From the NCBI GenBank assembly GCA_963731095.1, contig CAVSUK010000015.1, forward strand, positions 46 to 64,045: a DNA stretch of 64,000 nucleotides. The letters are read 5' to 3'. Within the stretch, counting starts at the first letter, position 1, and each line of letters begins with the position of its first letter. The notes beneath the pieces were generated by a model. The model was not told where the DNA came from and searched no databases. It saw only the letters and a program-made list of their open reading frames with translations. Both the position numbers and the translations under genes were made by a program. Below, one piece after another: positions 1 to 9,667 of this stretch. Source of the DNA: an uncultured Gaiellaceae bacterium. Its GTDB lineage: Bacteria; Actinomycetota; Thermoleophilia; Gaiellales; Gaiellaceae.

Positions 1-473
1 ACGATCGCGTCGAGGCCGCGCTCCCCGCGCTTGCGAACCGGGTGTCGATATTGCCTCGCAGCGGCTCGATCGACAGTGTCGGCTCGAGCGCGAGAACTGC
101 GCGCGCCGCCGCACGGAGGCAGTACCGATGCGCATCCCCGGACTGGATCTCCGACGCACCGCAGAGCGCGTCGCGCGGATCTTCGCGCTCGGTGTAGGCG
201 CCGACCACGAGGCCGTCGGCGTCCGTGGCCGTCATGTCCTTGGCGGAGTGGACGGCGAACGTCGATGCGCCGCTCGAGCAGCGCTTCCTCGAGCTCCTTG
301 ACGAACACGCCGCGCGAGCCGATCTCGCCGAAGGGGCGGGTGCGGTCCCGGTCGCCTGCGGTCGTCACGGGAACGAGCGCGATCTCCACTCCGGGCCTGC
401 GCAGCGCGTTCGCAGCGCGTTCGGCCTGGGTGAGCGCGAGCCTACTGCCGCGGGAACCGACGCGCAGCAGCAC
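1..473 (-). pseudogene. hemC: hydroxymethylbilane synthase (HemC), 5' part, with ~4 frameshifts; runs off window start
   Basis: Manual translation from GTG at 473: MLLRVGSRGSRLALTQAE..TTAGDRD..GVFVKELEEALL..ID(V)AVHSAKDM..ERED.RDAL..IGTASVRRRAQ..LRGNIDTR. Indels near 259, 140, 95 and 36. Follows hemA. May be sequencing error at a contig end. Confidence 0.85.
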
Positions 474-593
474 GGCAGCGGCGATGGGAGGCGGTCCGGG
501 TCTCGCCGCACACCAGGCGTCCGCGCGGCCGGATGCGCACGAACGCAGTCGGTGCCTGCACCGGCAGCGGGCGCCCGATCAGGAACGGTCGGG

Positions 594-1853
594 TCACGAC
601 TGCTGCTCCTCCTGGCCCAGACCGAACAGGTGCCGCACGGCGTCAGCATAGACCACTCCGTCGGCCTCGGCGGCTGCCTCCTTCAGGCGCACCGTGGGTA
701 GGTGCAGGAGCTTGGCCACGATCTGGCTGGTGACGGCTTCCACGAACTTGCGGTCTTCCTCGGGCAGGCGCCCGAGCCGGGCCTCGGCCTTCGCGAGTTC
801 GGTGGCACGTATCTCCTCCGCGTGAGCGCGCAGGGACGCGATCGCGGGCACCACCGTGAGCGACGCCTGCCACTCGCGGAACCGCTCCGCCTCGGATGCG
901 ACGATCCGCTCGGCGCGCACGGCCTCGGCGCGACGGCCGGCCAGCGATGCCTCGACGACCGCCTCGAGGTCGTCGATGTCGTAGACGAAGCAGCCGTCGA
1001 TACCGGAGAGCGCCGGGTCGATGTCGCGCGGCACGGCGAGGTCGACGAAGAGGAGCGGGCGCCCCCTACGGGTCCGCAGGGCGGCTTCCGCACCCGCCCT
1101 GTCGACGACGAAGCCGGGCGCGCTCGTGGATGCGACCACGACGTCGGCGTCGGCAAGCGCGTCCGTGAGCGCATCGAGGCCGATCGCGCGTGCCTCCACC
1201 TGGCGCGCCAGCTCCTCCCCGTGCGCGAGCGTGCGGTTTGCGACGGCGACGATGGTCGCGCCGCGGCTGCGCAGGTTGCGGGCCGTCAGCTCGCTCATCT
1301 TTCCCGCACCGATGAGGAGCACCTTCCGGTTGTCGAGGCTGCCGAACACCTGCTGTGCGAGTGCCGCCGCGGCCGCCGGAACGGATGCGGGAGACTCGCC
1401 GATGGCCGTCTCGACCCTGGCCCGGCGGCCGGCATAGAGCGCCTGCCGGAAGAGCCGGTCGAGCAGCGGCCCGGGAGCGCCGACTTCGAATGCGTCGCGC
1501 ACCTGCCCCAGGATCTCGCCCTCCCCGGGCACGAGCGAGTCGAGGCCGGCCGAGACGCGGAAGAGATGGAGGGCGGCGCTGTCGTCGCGCAGGCGATAGA
1601 GGACGGGCGCGAGCGCGGCGCCCCGGTCGCCCGCGAGCTCGACGAGCGCGCGGCCCCCGTGCTCCTCGAGTGGGGCCTCGCGCTCGCAGGCGAGGTACAG
1701 CTCGGTGCGGTTGCACGTGGAGAGGACGACCGCCTCGCACCCGTTCGCGATCCGGCGGGCGAGCGAGGCGGCCGCGTCGAGGTCGACGGCTACGCGCTCC
1801 CGCAGCTCGACGGGAGCCTGGTGGTGCGAGACGCCGACGAGAGCGAGCTTCAC
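594..1853 (-). CDS. hemA: glutamyl-tRNA reductase
   Basis: VLSTCNRTE catalytic motif, GEGEILGQV, GAGKM NADPH-binding site, DLAVPRDID. Confidence 0.97.
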   Translation of the reverse strand: MKLALVGVSHHQAPVELRERVAVDLDAAASLARRIANGCEAVVLSTCNRTELYLACEREAPLEEHGGRALVELAGDRGAALAPVLYRLRDDSAALHLFRVSAGLDSLVPGEGEILGQVRDAFEVGAPGPLLDRLFRQALYAGRRARVETAIGESPASVPAAAAALAQQVFGSLDNRKVLLIGAGKMSELTARNLRSRGATIVAVANRTLAHGEELARQVEARAIGLDALTDALADADVVVASTSAPGFVVDRAGAEAALRTRRGRPLLFVDLAVPRDIDPALSGIDGCFVYDIDDLEAVVEASLAGRRAEAVRAERIVASEAERFREWQASLTVVPAIASLRAHAEEIRATELAKAEARLGRLPEEDRKFVEAVTSQIVAKLLHLPTVRLKEAAAEADGVVYADAVRHLFGLGQEEQQS

Positions 1854-2623
1854 GACGCGAAATGGGTCAAGGGGAGGACGACGGCGACGAGGCCGAGAAC
1901 GAGGACGAGCAGCACCGCGAACCTACGTCCGCGCAGTCCGGCTTCGCGTCTCAGCACGAGTGCGGTGGCGACCGACGCCCAGATACCGAGCGTGACCGCC
2001 ATGGCGGCGTCGAAGTCGCCCCGCTCGAAGCTGGCGAGCCCGACGACGACACCGGCCGACAGCACGAGGAGCGAGACGAGGGCGGCACGGGCGGAGAGTC
2101 GGTCGAGCGCGTCGAGCGGAGGGACGCGCAGGCGCAGCACGCGCGAGTCGCGGCGCTTGAGCCGACGCTCCTGCCACAGGTAGAGCACGGCCATCCCGGC
2201 GGCGAGCGTGAGGCCCGCGAAGCCTGCCAGCATCAGGCCGACGTGGACGGCGAGGAGGGCACCGGGCTCGTCGCGGGTCGCGACTCCCGTCCCTCCGCCC
2301 GCCCAGGCGGTGACGAGCAGGGCGGCCGCGACGGGCATGACGGCGAGGCCGAGCAGGCGGTAGCGGGGCCGGCAGCCCCAGATCAGGTACGCGCCGACGA
2401 CGAGCCAGACGAACAGGTTGAGGGCTCCCGCCCAGGTGCCCCACGGGAACCCGTCCGAGTCGATCGCCTGCACGACGAGCAGTGCCGTCTGTGCGAGCCA
2501 GCCGATGCGGACGCCCCAGGTGCCGAGCCGGCCGCCGAGCCCCGGCCCGCGCAGCTCGCCGGCGTAGGCGAAGGCAGCCTCGCCGTATGCGATCAGCACG
2601 GGCCAGACGAGAAGCTCAGCCAT
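1850..2623 (-). CDS. CcsA/HemX-like cytochrome c assembly family membrane protein
   Basis: Multiple TM helices, LAVHVGL His motif, LYLWQERRLK..PPLDALDRL pattern; start moved to MAELL (ATG 2623); sits directly upstream of hemA. Confidence 0.8.
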   Translation of the reverse strand: MAELLVWPVLIAYGEAAFAYAGELRGPGLGGRLGTWGVRIGWLAQTALLVVQAIDSDGFPWGTWAGALNLFVWLVVGAYLIWGCRPRYRLLGLAVMPVAAALLVTAWAGGGTGVATRDEPGALLAVHVGLMLAGFAGLTLAAGMAVLYLWQERRLKRRDSRVLRLRVPPLDALDRLSARAALVSLLVLSAGVVVGLASFERGDFDAAMAVTLGIWASVATALVLRREAGLRGRRFAVLLVLVLGLVAVVLPLTHFAS

Positions 2624-2768
2624 TGTCCCGGCGATCGCGCGCCAGCGCGGCGAGCTCTCCGGCCTCGCGCTCGAGCCGCGCCAGCTTCGCGGCGATGATG
2701 ACCACCCAGAGCAGCACGAAGACGAGCACGACACCGTACGCAAGGGCCACGTAATCGCCCTGGCTCAC
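2616..2768 (-). CDS. ccmD: CcmD-like small single-TM heme exporter protein (50 aa, not in ORF track)
   Basis: GTG 2768 overlaps the ccmC stop; MSQGDYVALAYGVVLVFVLLWVVIIAAKLARLEREAGELAALARDRRDNG has the YV..AY N-terminus, one TM and a charged tail. Confidence 0.75.
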   Translation of the reverse strand: MSQGDYVALAYGVVLVFVLLWVVIIAAKLARLEREAGELAALARDRRDNG

Positions 2769-3454
2769 GACAGCGCCTCCCGCAGCTCGCGCAGGTGCGC
2801 ATCGGTGCGCTTGCCCACGATCTCGACCCGATACATGACGTACGCGAGCGCCAGGATCGCCGCCCAGGCGACGAGGAACGCAACGAACATCGTCCCGGTC
2901 ATCTGCGGCCCCGCCGAGGTGAACACGGTCGGGTGGATGAAGTCGTTGGCGAGCCGGATCGCGAAGAAGCTGACGGGGATCAGCGCCACGCCGAACAGCG
3001 CGTACACGGCCGAGATCCGCTCACGACGCGGCCCTTCCTCCAGCGAGAACCGCAACATGAAGTAGGCGCAGTAGAAGAGGAACAGGACGAGGAAGAGAAC
3101 CAGCTGGTTCGATCCCCAGCTCCACCAGACGCCCCACGACGCCTTCGCCCAGATCGAGCCGGTGATCAGCGTCAAGGCCCCGAAGATCGTTCCCTGATGG
3201 ACGGCGGTGTAGCTCTCGAGGTCGCGGCGCTCGCCGCCGACCCAGAGCAGCCGCAGCGCCTTCCAGGCGCCGAGGCCGAAGCACGCGTAGGCGGTCAGCG
3301 CGATGGGGACGTGAAAGTAGAAGATCTTCTGCGAGATGCCCTGGTCGGCGTCCTCGGGCGCGACGAAGAAGACCATCGCGACCGCGGTGGCCATGAGCAC
3401 GACGGCAGCGAGCGCCAGCGCCGGCAGCGCGTTATTCCGTGACGACGTATTCAA
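2765..3454 (-). CDS. ccmC: heme exporter CcmC
   Basis: KIFYFHVP, Trp-rich GSIWAKASWGVWWSW, IHP; follows ccmAB. Confidence 0.9.
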   Translation of the reverse strand: MNTSSRNNALPALALAAVVLMATAVAMVFFVAPEDADQGISQKIFYFHVPIALTAYACFGLGAWKALRLLWVGGERRDLESYTAVHQGTIFGALTLITGSIWAKASWGVWWSWGSNQLVLFLVLFLFYCAYFMLRFSLEEGPRRERISAVYALFGVALIPVSFFAIRLANDFIHPTVFTSAGPQMTGTMFVAFLVAWAAILALAYVMYRVEIVGKRTDAHLRELREALS

Positions 3455-4073
3455 AGGAAGCCCAGGAAAGTATTGCGAAGACGGCGTCGTAGAGGCCGAG
3501 GAAGAGCAGGTACCTGCCGCTCTCCGGCGAGATGCTGGCGCCGACGCCGCCGACGACGAGCGGGATCGCGAGCGGCAACAGCAGAAGCGGCAGGATCACC
3601 TCGCGGCCGCGGCTCGCCGCGGCCATGGCCGAGAGGAGCGAGCCGACGACGCAGATCCCCAGGCTGGCGAGGAGAACCCCCAGCACGGCTGCGCCGTCGA
3701 GAGGGGCGAAGAAGAGCGCGAAGGCGGGCAGCGCCACCACCTCGGCAACGGCCAGGAAGACGAACGTCGCGAGCGTCTTGCCGAGCCAGATCGCGCTCCG
3801 GTCACAGGGCGCCAGCACGAGCCCGTCGAGCGCTCCGGCCTCGTTCTCGGGCAGCCAGGAGCGGGCGAGACCGAGCAGCGCGGTGAAGACGATTGCGACC
3901 CAGAGAAGGCCGTAGGCGGCATCGTCGCTCGTGCCCTGGGGAAGCGCGAAGTGGAAGACGACGAGGGTGGCGAGGACGAACAGCAGCATCGCCGGCAGCG
4001 TGTCCCTGGCACGCAGCTCGAGCCGGAGGTCCTTCCGCGCCAGAGCGGACACGTCGGCGAGGTAGCCCGTCAC
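3432..4073 (-). CDS. ccmB: heme exporter permease CcmB
   Basis: ARKDLRLELR, ENEAGALDGL, IWLGK, LPLLLLPLAIP; GTG 4073 overlaps the ccmA stop. Confidence 0.9.
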   Translation of the reverse strand: MTGYLADVSALARKDLRLELRARDTLPAMLLFVLATLVVFHFALPQGTSDDAAYGLLWVAIVFTALLGLARSWLPENEAGALDGLVLAPCDRSAIWLGKTLATFVFLAVAEVVALPAFALFFAPLDGAAVLGVLLASLGICVVGSLLSAMAAASRGREVILPLLLLPLAIPLVVGGVGASISPESGRYLLFLGLYDAVFAILSWASFEYVVTE

Positions 4074-4660
4074 GCGAGTGCCAGTCGCCCCGTCGCGAGC
4101 GCAGCCACGCGCTCCGGCTCGTGGGTCGCGAGCAGCACGGTACGGCGGCCGACGAGCTCGGCGAGCTCGCGGTCGAGCAGCGCCGCTCCGTCCTCGTCGA
4201 GGGCCGTGAACGGCTCGTCGAGCACGAGCAGCCCCGGGTCGTGCAGCAGGGCGCGGCAGAGCGCGAGACGCTGCGTCATGCCGCGTGAGTAGGCGGCGAC
4301 GCGCTCCGCGCGCGCCTCCCAGAGCCCGAAGCGCTCGAGCAGCATCCCTGCTCGCTCCCGCCGCTCCGGGACGCGGTAGAGGCGGCCGAAGAGCTCGAGG
4401 TTCTCGAGCGCCGTCAGGTTGCGGTAGAGCAGGGGCTCGTGACCCAGGTAGCCGAGGTCGGCACGGTCGGCGTCGATCTCGAGGCTGCCACGGGTCGGCG
4501 CCGCCAGGCCGGCGACGAGCCGGAGCAGGGTCGTCTTGCCCGACCCGTTCGCGCCGGTGAGCACGAGGAAGCCGTTCCGCGGAATCTCGAACGTGACGCC
4601 GCGGAGCGCCCACTTGCGCCCGTACCGCTTCTCGACCCGCGTCGCTCTGATCACCGCCAC
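4070..4660 (-). CDS. ccmA: heme ABC exporter ATP-binding protein CcmA
   Basis: Walker A GANGSGKTT, YSRGM signature, LDEPFTALD; SD GGAGG upstream. Confidence 0.88.
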   Translation of the reverse strand: MAVIRATRVEKRYGRKWALRGVTFEIPRNGFLVLTGANGSGKTTLLRLVAGLAAPTRGSLEIDADRADLGYLGHEPLLYRNLTALENLELFGRLYRVPERRERAGMLLERFGLWEARAERVAAYSRGMTQRLALCRALLHDPGLLVLDEPFTALDEDGAALLDRELAELVGRRTVLLATHEPERVAALATGRLALA

Positions 4661-4716
4661 GCCTCCCTCGCCCCGGCCAGACCGCCACCGTCTCCGCAGC
4701 CCGCCGTCGCACCGAC

Positions 4717-4822
4717 AGGGGCGGTCTCTCCAACCGCCCCCGGGGGCACCGGCGGTGCCCTGATGTCACGGTACCCGCGATTCGGTCACGAGACAGCGCC
4801 GGAAGTGTGCCGAGAATGTGCC
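4717..4822 (-). promoter_or_regulatory. putative ccm/hem operon promoter with 11-bp direct repeat and structured 5' UTR
   Basis: ggaagtgtgcc/gagaatgtgcc tandem repeat (4801-4822), candidate -10 TACCGT (~4768-4773, minus strand), hairpins at 4717-4740 and 4744-4760. Confidence 0.35.
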
Positions 4823-4862
4823 GGGGCGCCTCGCAACCGTGCCGGCCGCACCCGGGCTTGGC

Positions 4863-5729
4863 TCACATGAGGGTGTCGAGCACGACGAAGCAGCAGAAGA
4901 CGACGCTGATGACGCCGTTGACCGTGAAGAACGCCGCATCGAGGCGCCGCAGGTCGCCCGGTCGCACGAGCGAGTGCTCGTAGAGGAGCAACGCCGCCAC
5001 GACGGCCACCCCCACCCAGTAGAGGGCGCCCGCGGAGAGCCCGGCGCCGACGGCGGCGAGGAGCGCAACGCTGAGGGCGTGGAAGACGCGCGCCCCGGCG
5101 AAGACGCCCCGCTCGCCGAAGCGGGTCGCCCACGAGTGCAGGCCCTCCGCACGATCGTGGTCGACGTCGAAGAGGGCGTAGAAGAGATCGAAACCGGCCA
5201 CCCACAGGCCCTGGGCGAGGAACAGGGCCCATGCCTCCCACGGCGCCTCTCCGGTGACGGCGATCCAGGCACCGAGCGGCGCGAGCCCCGTGCACGCCCC
5301 GAGCCAGAGGTGGCAGAGCCAGGTGAAGCGCTTCAGGTACGGATAGACGACGAAGAACGCGACCGGGATCGGCCACAGCCAGCGCACGACCGGGTCGAGC
5401 TGGAACACGGCGACGAGGTAGAGCGCGAACGCGGCGGCACAGAGAGCCCAGACCTGGCCGCGCGTGAGCGTGCCGGCCGGGAGCTCCCGCGATGCCGTGC
5501 GGGGGTTGCGGGCGTCGATGCCCGCGTCGATCACGCGGTTCAGCCCCATGGCGAGTGACCGCGCGCCGACCATGGCGGCCGTGAGCCAGACCAGGTTGCC
5601 CCAACCCGGGAAGCCGTCGACGGCGAGAAAGGCGCCGACGTACGCAAACGGGAGCGCGAAGACCGTGTGCTCGAGACGCACGAGCGACGCGAAGCGACGC
5701 GGCAGGGATGCTGCTGCCGCCGTGCTCAC
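4863..5729 (-). CDS. mqnP: UbiA-family prenyltransferase, MqnP-like (futalosine menaquinone pathway)
   Basis: EHTVFALPFAY, NRVIDAGIDARNPRT, YPYLKRFT, GFDLFYA.DVDHD, AFFTVNG. Confidence 0.8.
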   Translation of the reverse strand: MSTAAAASLPRRFASLVRLEHTVFALPFAYVGAFLAVDGFPGWGNLVWLTAAMVGARSLAMGLNRVIDAGIDARNPRTASRELPAGTLTRGQVWALCAAAFALYLVAVFQLDPVVRWLWPIPVAFFVVYPYLKRFTWLCHLWLGACTGLAPLGAWIAVTGEAPWEAWALFLAQGLWVAGFDLFYALFDVDHDRAEGLHSWATRFGERGVFAGARVFHALSVALLAAVGAGLSAGALYWVGVAVVAALLLYEHSLVRPGDLRRLDAAFFTVNGVISVVFCCFVVLDTLM

Positions 5730-6208
5730 GTCTGCCGGTGGCGCGAGCCCTGGTCGCCCGCTGCGAGCTCGAGCCCGTGGACGAGCGCGGGCAGGATCAC
5801 CGCGAAGCCGTCGCGGCACCCTCCGGGCGAGCCCGGCAGGTTGACGACGAGCGTCGGGCCGCGCAGGCCCGCGACCCCTCGTGACAGCAGTGCATGCGGC
5901 GTCTTCGCGAGTGCGTCCGCCCTGATCGCCTCGGCGATCCCCGGAGCCTCCCGGTCGATGACGGCCCGCGTCGCCTCGGGGGTGACGTCCCGCGGGGTGA
6001 AGCCCGTTCCCCCCGTCGTCAGCACGAGCGACGCACCCGCAGCGAGGTCGCCGATCGCAGCCGCGATCTCCTCGCGCTCGTCCGGCACGACCCGGCGGGC
6101 GACCTCGAACCCCTCGGCACGCAGCAGCGCGTCCAGCGTGTCGCCGCTCAGGTCCTCCCGCGTCCCGTGGTGAACGCCGTCGGAGACGGTCAGGACCGCC
6201 GCCTTCAC
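5726..6208 (-). CDS. moaB: molybdopterin adenylyltransferase MogA/MoaB
   Basis: [33 protein letters not shown]. Confidence 0.9.
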   Translation of the reverse strand: MKAAVLTVSDGVHHGTREDLSGDTLDALLRAEGFEVARRVVPDEREEIAAAIGDLAAGASLVLTTGGTGFTPRDVTPEATRAVIDREAPGIAEAIRADALAKTPHALLSRGVAGLRGPTLVVNLPGSPGGCRDGFAVILPALVHGLELAAGDQGSRHRQT

Positions 6209-6655
6209 TCAGACTTCCGCCTTCGTCTTCTCGACGAGCGTCAGGCCCGTGATGGTCATTGCCTTGTCGATCGCCTTGGCCATGTCGTACACGGTCAGGG
6301 CGGCGATGCCGGCCGCGGTGAGCGCCTCCATCTCGACCCCCGTCTGCGCGGTCGTCTCGGCGACGGCTTCGATCTCGACGCCGCCCGCTACGACCTGGAG
6401 CCGCACGTCGACGACCGAGAGTGGCAAGGGATGGCAGAGCGGGATCAGGTCGCTCGTGCGCTTGGCGGCCATGATGCCGGCGAGTTGCGCCGTCGTCAGC
6501 GCGTCCCCCTTGGGAAGGTCACGGAGACGTGCCACCGTCTCGGGCGCCATCTCCACCGTCGCGCGGGCGACGGCACGGCGCCGCACGAGCGGCTTGTGGC
6601 CGACGTCGACCATGCGCACGGCGCCGCTCTCGTCGACGTGGGAGAGGTCGCTCAT
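6209..6655 (-). CDS. moaC: cyclic pyranopterin monophosphate synthase
   Basis: [38 protein letters not shown]; ATG 6655. Confidence 0.96.
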   Translation of the reverse strand: MSDLSHVDESGAVRMVDVGHKPLVRRRAVARATVEMAPETVARLRDLPKGDALTTAQLAGIMAAKRTSDLIPLCHPLPLSVVDVRLQVVAGGVEIEAVAETTAQTGVEMEALTAAGIAALTVYDMAKAIDKAMTITGLTLVEKTKAEV

Positions 6656-8244
6656 CCGCGCAGCGACCGCTTGCCGAGCGCCAGCAGGCCGCGCCGGTGC
6701 CGGCGTGCGGCGGCGAGGCGCACGGCGACGCCGTCGCCGTAGAGAACGCCCAGGGCACCGCGGAAGCCGTCGACGACCATGTCGGAATAGGGATACCACC
6801 AGGGAGGGGTGAGCCGCCCGCCGTCTGCGTCCACGAACTTGAGCTGGGACACGGCATAGAGGCCGTGCTTCGAGTGGGTACGTCCGATTCCCGACTCCTT
6901 CCGTCCCCCCCACGGGGCCTGGCCCAGCCCGTACGAGTACGCATGATCGTTCACCCATACCGAGCCCGCTTCGATGCGCTCGGCAACGCGTCGTGCGCGG
7001 TCGCGGTCGCGCGTCCAGACGCTCGCGCCGAGACCGTGTGCCGAGTCGTTCGCCCGGCGAATACCGTCCTCATCGTTCTCTATACTGACAACGGTGACGA
7101 CCGGGCCGAAGATCTCCTGGCTGCGGATGAGGGCCGATGCGGGCTCACCGGCGAGCACGGTGGGCTCGTGGAACCACCCTGGAAGGCCCGTCTCGGGGCG
7201 TCCACCGCCGGCGACGACCTCGGCGCCACGGTCGACCGCGTCGGAGACCAGCATCTCGACCCTGGTGCGCTGCTCCTCGGTGACGAGCGGCCCGAGGTCG
7301 GTGCGGGGGTCGTCGCCGCGACCGACCCGGAGCGCCCGGGCACGCTCGGTGAGCCCGGACAGGAACGGCTCGTGGAGCTCGCGCGCGACGTAGATGCGCT
7401 CGACACCCGAGCACACCTGGCCGCAGTTCGCGAACGACGCCCAGAGAGCGCCCTCGATCGCGCGATCGAGATCGGCGTCGTCGAGGACGAGCATCGGGTC
7501 CTTGCCTCCGAGCTCGAGCGTGAGCGGGCAGAGGCGCTCCGCCGCCCGCGCAGCAACGACCCGGCCGGCCTCGGCGGAGCCGGTGAAGATGACCTTGTCG
7601 ATCCCTCGGTGTCGCACGAGAGCGTCGCCGACCGTCTCGCCTGCGCCCTGCACGACCCTCACCAGGCCGGCCGGCGCGCCGGCGCGCTGGAACAGCTCCT
7701 CGACGAAGCGCCCCGTCAGAGGCGTCAGCTCGGAGGGCTTGAGCACGACGGCGTTCCCTGCCGCGACGGCAGACGCCGCCTGCGTGAGGGGCACGCCGAG
7801 CGGGAAGTTCCAGGCCGAGACGATGCCGACCACCCCGATCGGCTCGTAGTGCAGCCAGGCCCGCTTGTGCGGGAGGTACGGCTGGCGCACGGGGATGCGC
7901 TCACGACGGAGCACCCTGCCCAGGTTGGAGGCAAGCCAGGCGAGGTTGTCGAGGCAGACGAAGAGCTCCGAGGTGAAGGCCTCGACGATCGGCTTGCCGG
8001 TTTCCCGGACGATCGTGTCGGCGACGTCGTCCGCGTCCTCGAGCAAGGTGCGGGCCACCCTCCGCAGGAGCCGTGCCCGTTCCTCCAGCGGCTCGCGTGC
8101 CCACGCTCGCTGGGCGAACCGGGCCTCCGACACGATCTCGCCGAGCGCCGAGACCTCGGTCACCGCGACGCGGCCGACCTCGTCGAGCGTCGCTGGATCG
8201 ACCGAGACGAGCTCGTCGCGGGCCGAGAGCGGGATCGCGCTCAC
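6652..8244 (-). CDS. aldehyde dehydrogenase
   Basis: [24 protein letters not shown] catalytic Cys, EIFGPV; C-terminal WWYPY extension. Confidence 0.93.
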   Translation of the reverse strand: MSAIPLSARDELVSVDPATLDEVGRVAVTEVSALGEIVSEARFAQRAWAREPLEERARLLRRVARTLLEDADDVADTIVRETGKPIVEAFTSELFVCLDNLAWLASNLGRVLRRERIPVRQPYLPHKRAWLHYEPIGVVGIVSAWNFPLGVPLTQAASAVAAGNAVVLKPSELTPLTGRFVEELFQRAGAPAGLVRVVQGAGETVGDALVRHRGIDKVIFTGSAEAGRVVAARAAERLCPLTLELGGKDPMLVLDDADLDRAIEGALWASFANCGQVCSGVERIYVARELHEPFLSGLTERARALRVGRGDDPRTDLGPLVTEEQRTRVEMLVSDAVDRGAEVVAGGGRPETGLPGWFHEPTVLAGEPASALIRSQEIFGPVVTVVSIENDEDGIRRANDSAHGLGASVWTRDRDRARRVAERIEAGSVWVNDHAYSYGLGQAPWGGRKESGIGRTHSKHGLYAVSQLKFVDADGGRLTPPWWYPYSDMVVDGFRGALGVLYGDGVAVRLAAARRHRRGLLALGKRSLRG

Positions 8245-9657
8245 GCGCGCATGGTACTGCGCACGTCCAGCGCGGCCAGCTCGGCGTCGGCCCAGTCGGC
8301 GGGGCTGTGCGCCAGGACGCGTGCGCGGATCCCCGCCAGCCGGGCGCGCCGCTCAGGCGCCGGCAGCTCGAGGGCCTGCTCGAGCGCCGTCGACGTGCCC
8401 TCGATGTCGTGTGGATCGACGCCGATCGCCCACGCGCGCCAGGGCCTCCCAGGCCCCGGTGCACCGGGAGAGCACGAGCACACCGTCGCGCGTGTTGATC
8501 AGCGGCGCCTCCTCGGCCACGAGATTGAGCCCGTCCATGACGGAGTTGACGAGGAGCACGTCGTACTGCCGGTAGCCGGCGATCGAGCTCGGGAAGTCGT
8601 CCCGAATGCGGAGCACGACCGGCAACCAGCCGTCGGTGGCGTAGGCGGCGTTCACGGCCGCGGCCTCCGCTTCGACCGCGCGACGGTAGGTCGCGTACTC
8701 GGCGATGCTCTGCCGCGACGGATCGAGCAGCGCCAGCATGCCGACCCGGCCGCGCAGGTCGGGGCGCCGCTGCAGCAGGCGGCCGAAGGCCGCGAAGCCG
8801 GCAACCGCGTTCTTCGCGGGTCGGTGCGGTCGACCCGCAGGATCAACCGCTCCGGGCGGTCGGCGACGAGCGCGCGCTCACGATCGATCGTGTCGCTCCT
8901 GGAGGCGACCTCGCGCAGGCCGGCCTCGTCGACGGCCACCGGGTTCACGTGCGTGAGCGCGTGCGCCTCGTCGCCCCGTCCGAGCAGCGCCGCCGCCGAG
9001 TCCACGAACGCCGTACGCCAGCGCTCCGCGTGGAAGCCGACGCTGTCACAGGCCAGCAGGCCGTCGTGGGCGGCGCGTGCGATCACGGACGGCAGCGCCG
9101 CCCATGCCTCCGGCCCGACCCAGGGAATGTGGACGAAGTGCGCCAGGCGGGCCTGAGGGCGGCGTGCCCGCACGAGCACGGGCGCGGCATAGAGGTGATA
9201 GTCCTGGAACAGCACCGCGGCCTCCGGCGTGCGCTCGAGCTCGCCCAGCACGGCTTCCGCGAAAGCCGCGTTGACGGCCAGGTACCCGTCGTGCCACGCC
9301 CCGGCCAGATCCGGGCCCGAGTCGTCCAGGAGCTCCCGGAGGCCGTGCTGCACGAACCAGAGCGCGCGGGTTGGCCACCACGTCGTAGAAGAGCCGGTAG
9401 GCCACGGGATCGTGGGCGACGAGCCGCACCCGGACGGCTGCGCCCGCGACGTGCTCCAGCACCGGTCCGGCACCTGCGATCGCGCGCTCCTCGTCCGTCA
9501 TGGCGCTCGCGATCCAGGTGACGTCATGGTGCGGCACGAGCGGACGCAGCGCGGCCACGAGCCCTCCGGCCGCATGGCGGCGGCTGCGGCCGCCCGCAGG
9601 GTCACGCTCGAACCCGACCGGGCCGCGGTTCGAGACGACGATCAGCCGGCGCCGCAC
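8241..9657 (-). pseudogene. otsA: trehalose-6-phosphate synthase OtsA split by three frameshifts
   Basis: VVSNRGP..GGLV, LWFVQH, FQDYHL, HFVHIPW, RVDRTDP.KN and DGLNLV motifs fall in successive reading frames; shifts near 9367, 8817 and 8436. Confidence 0.85.
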
Positions 9658-9667
9658 GATCGGGACG

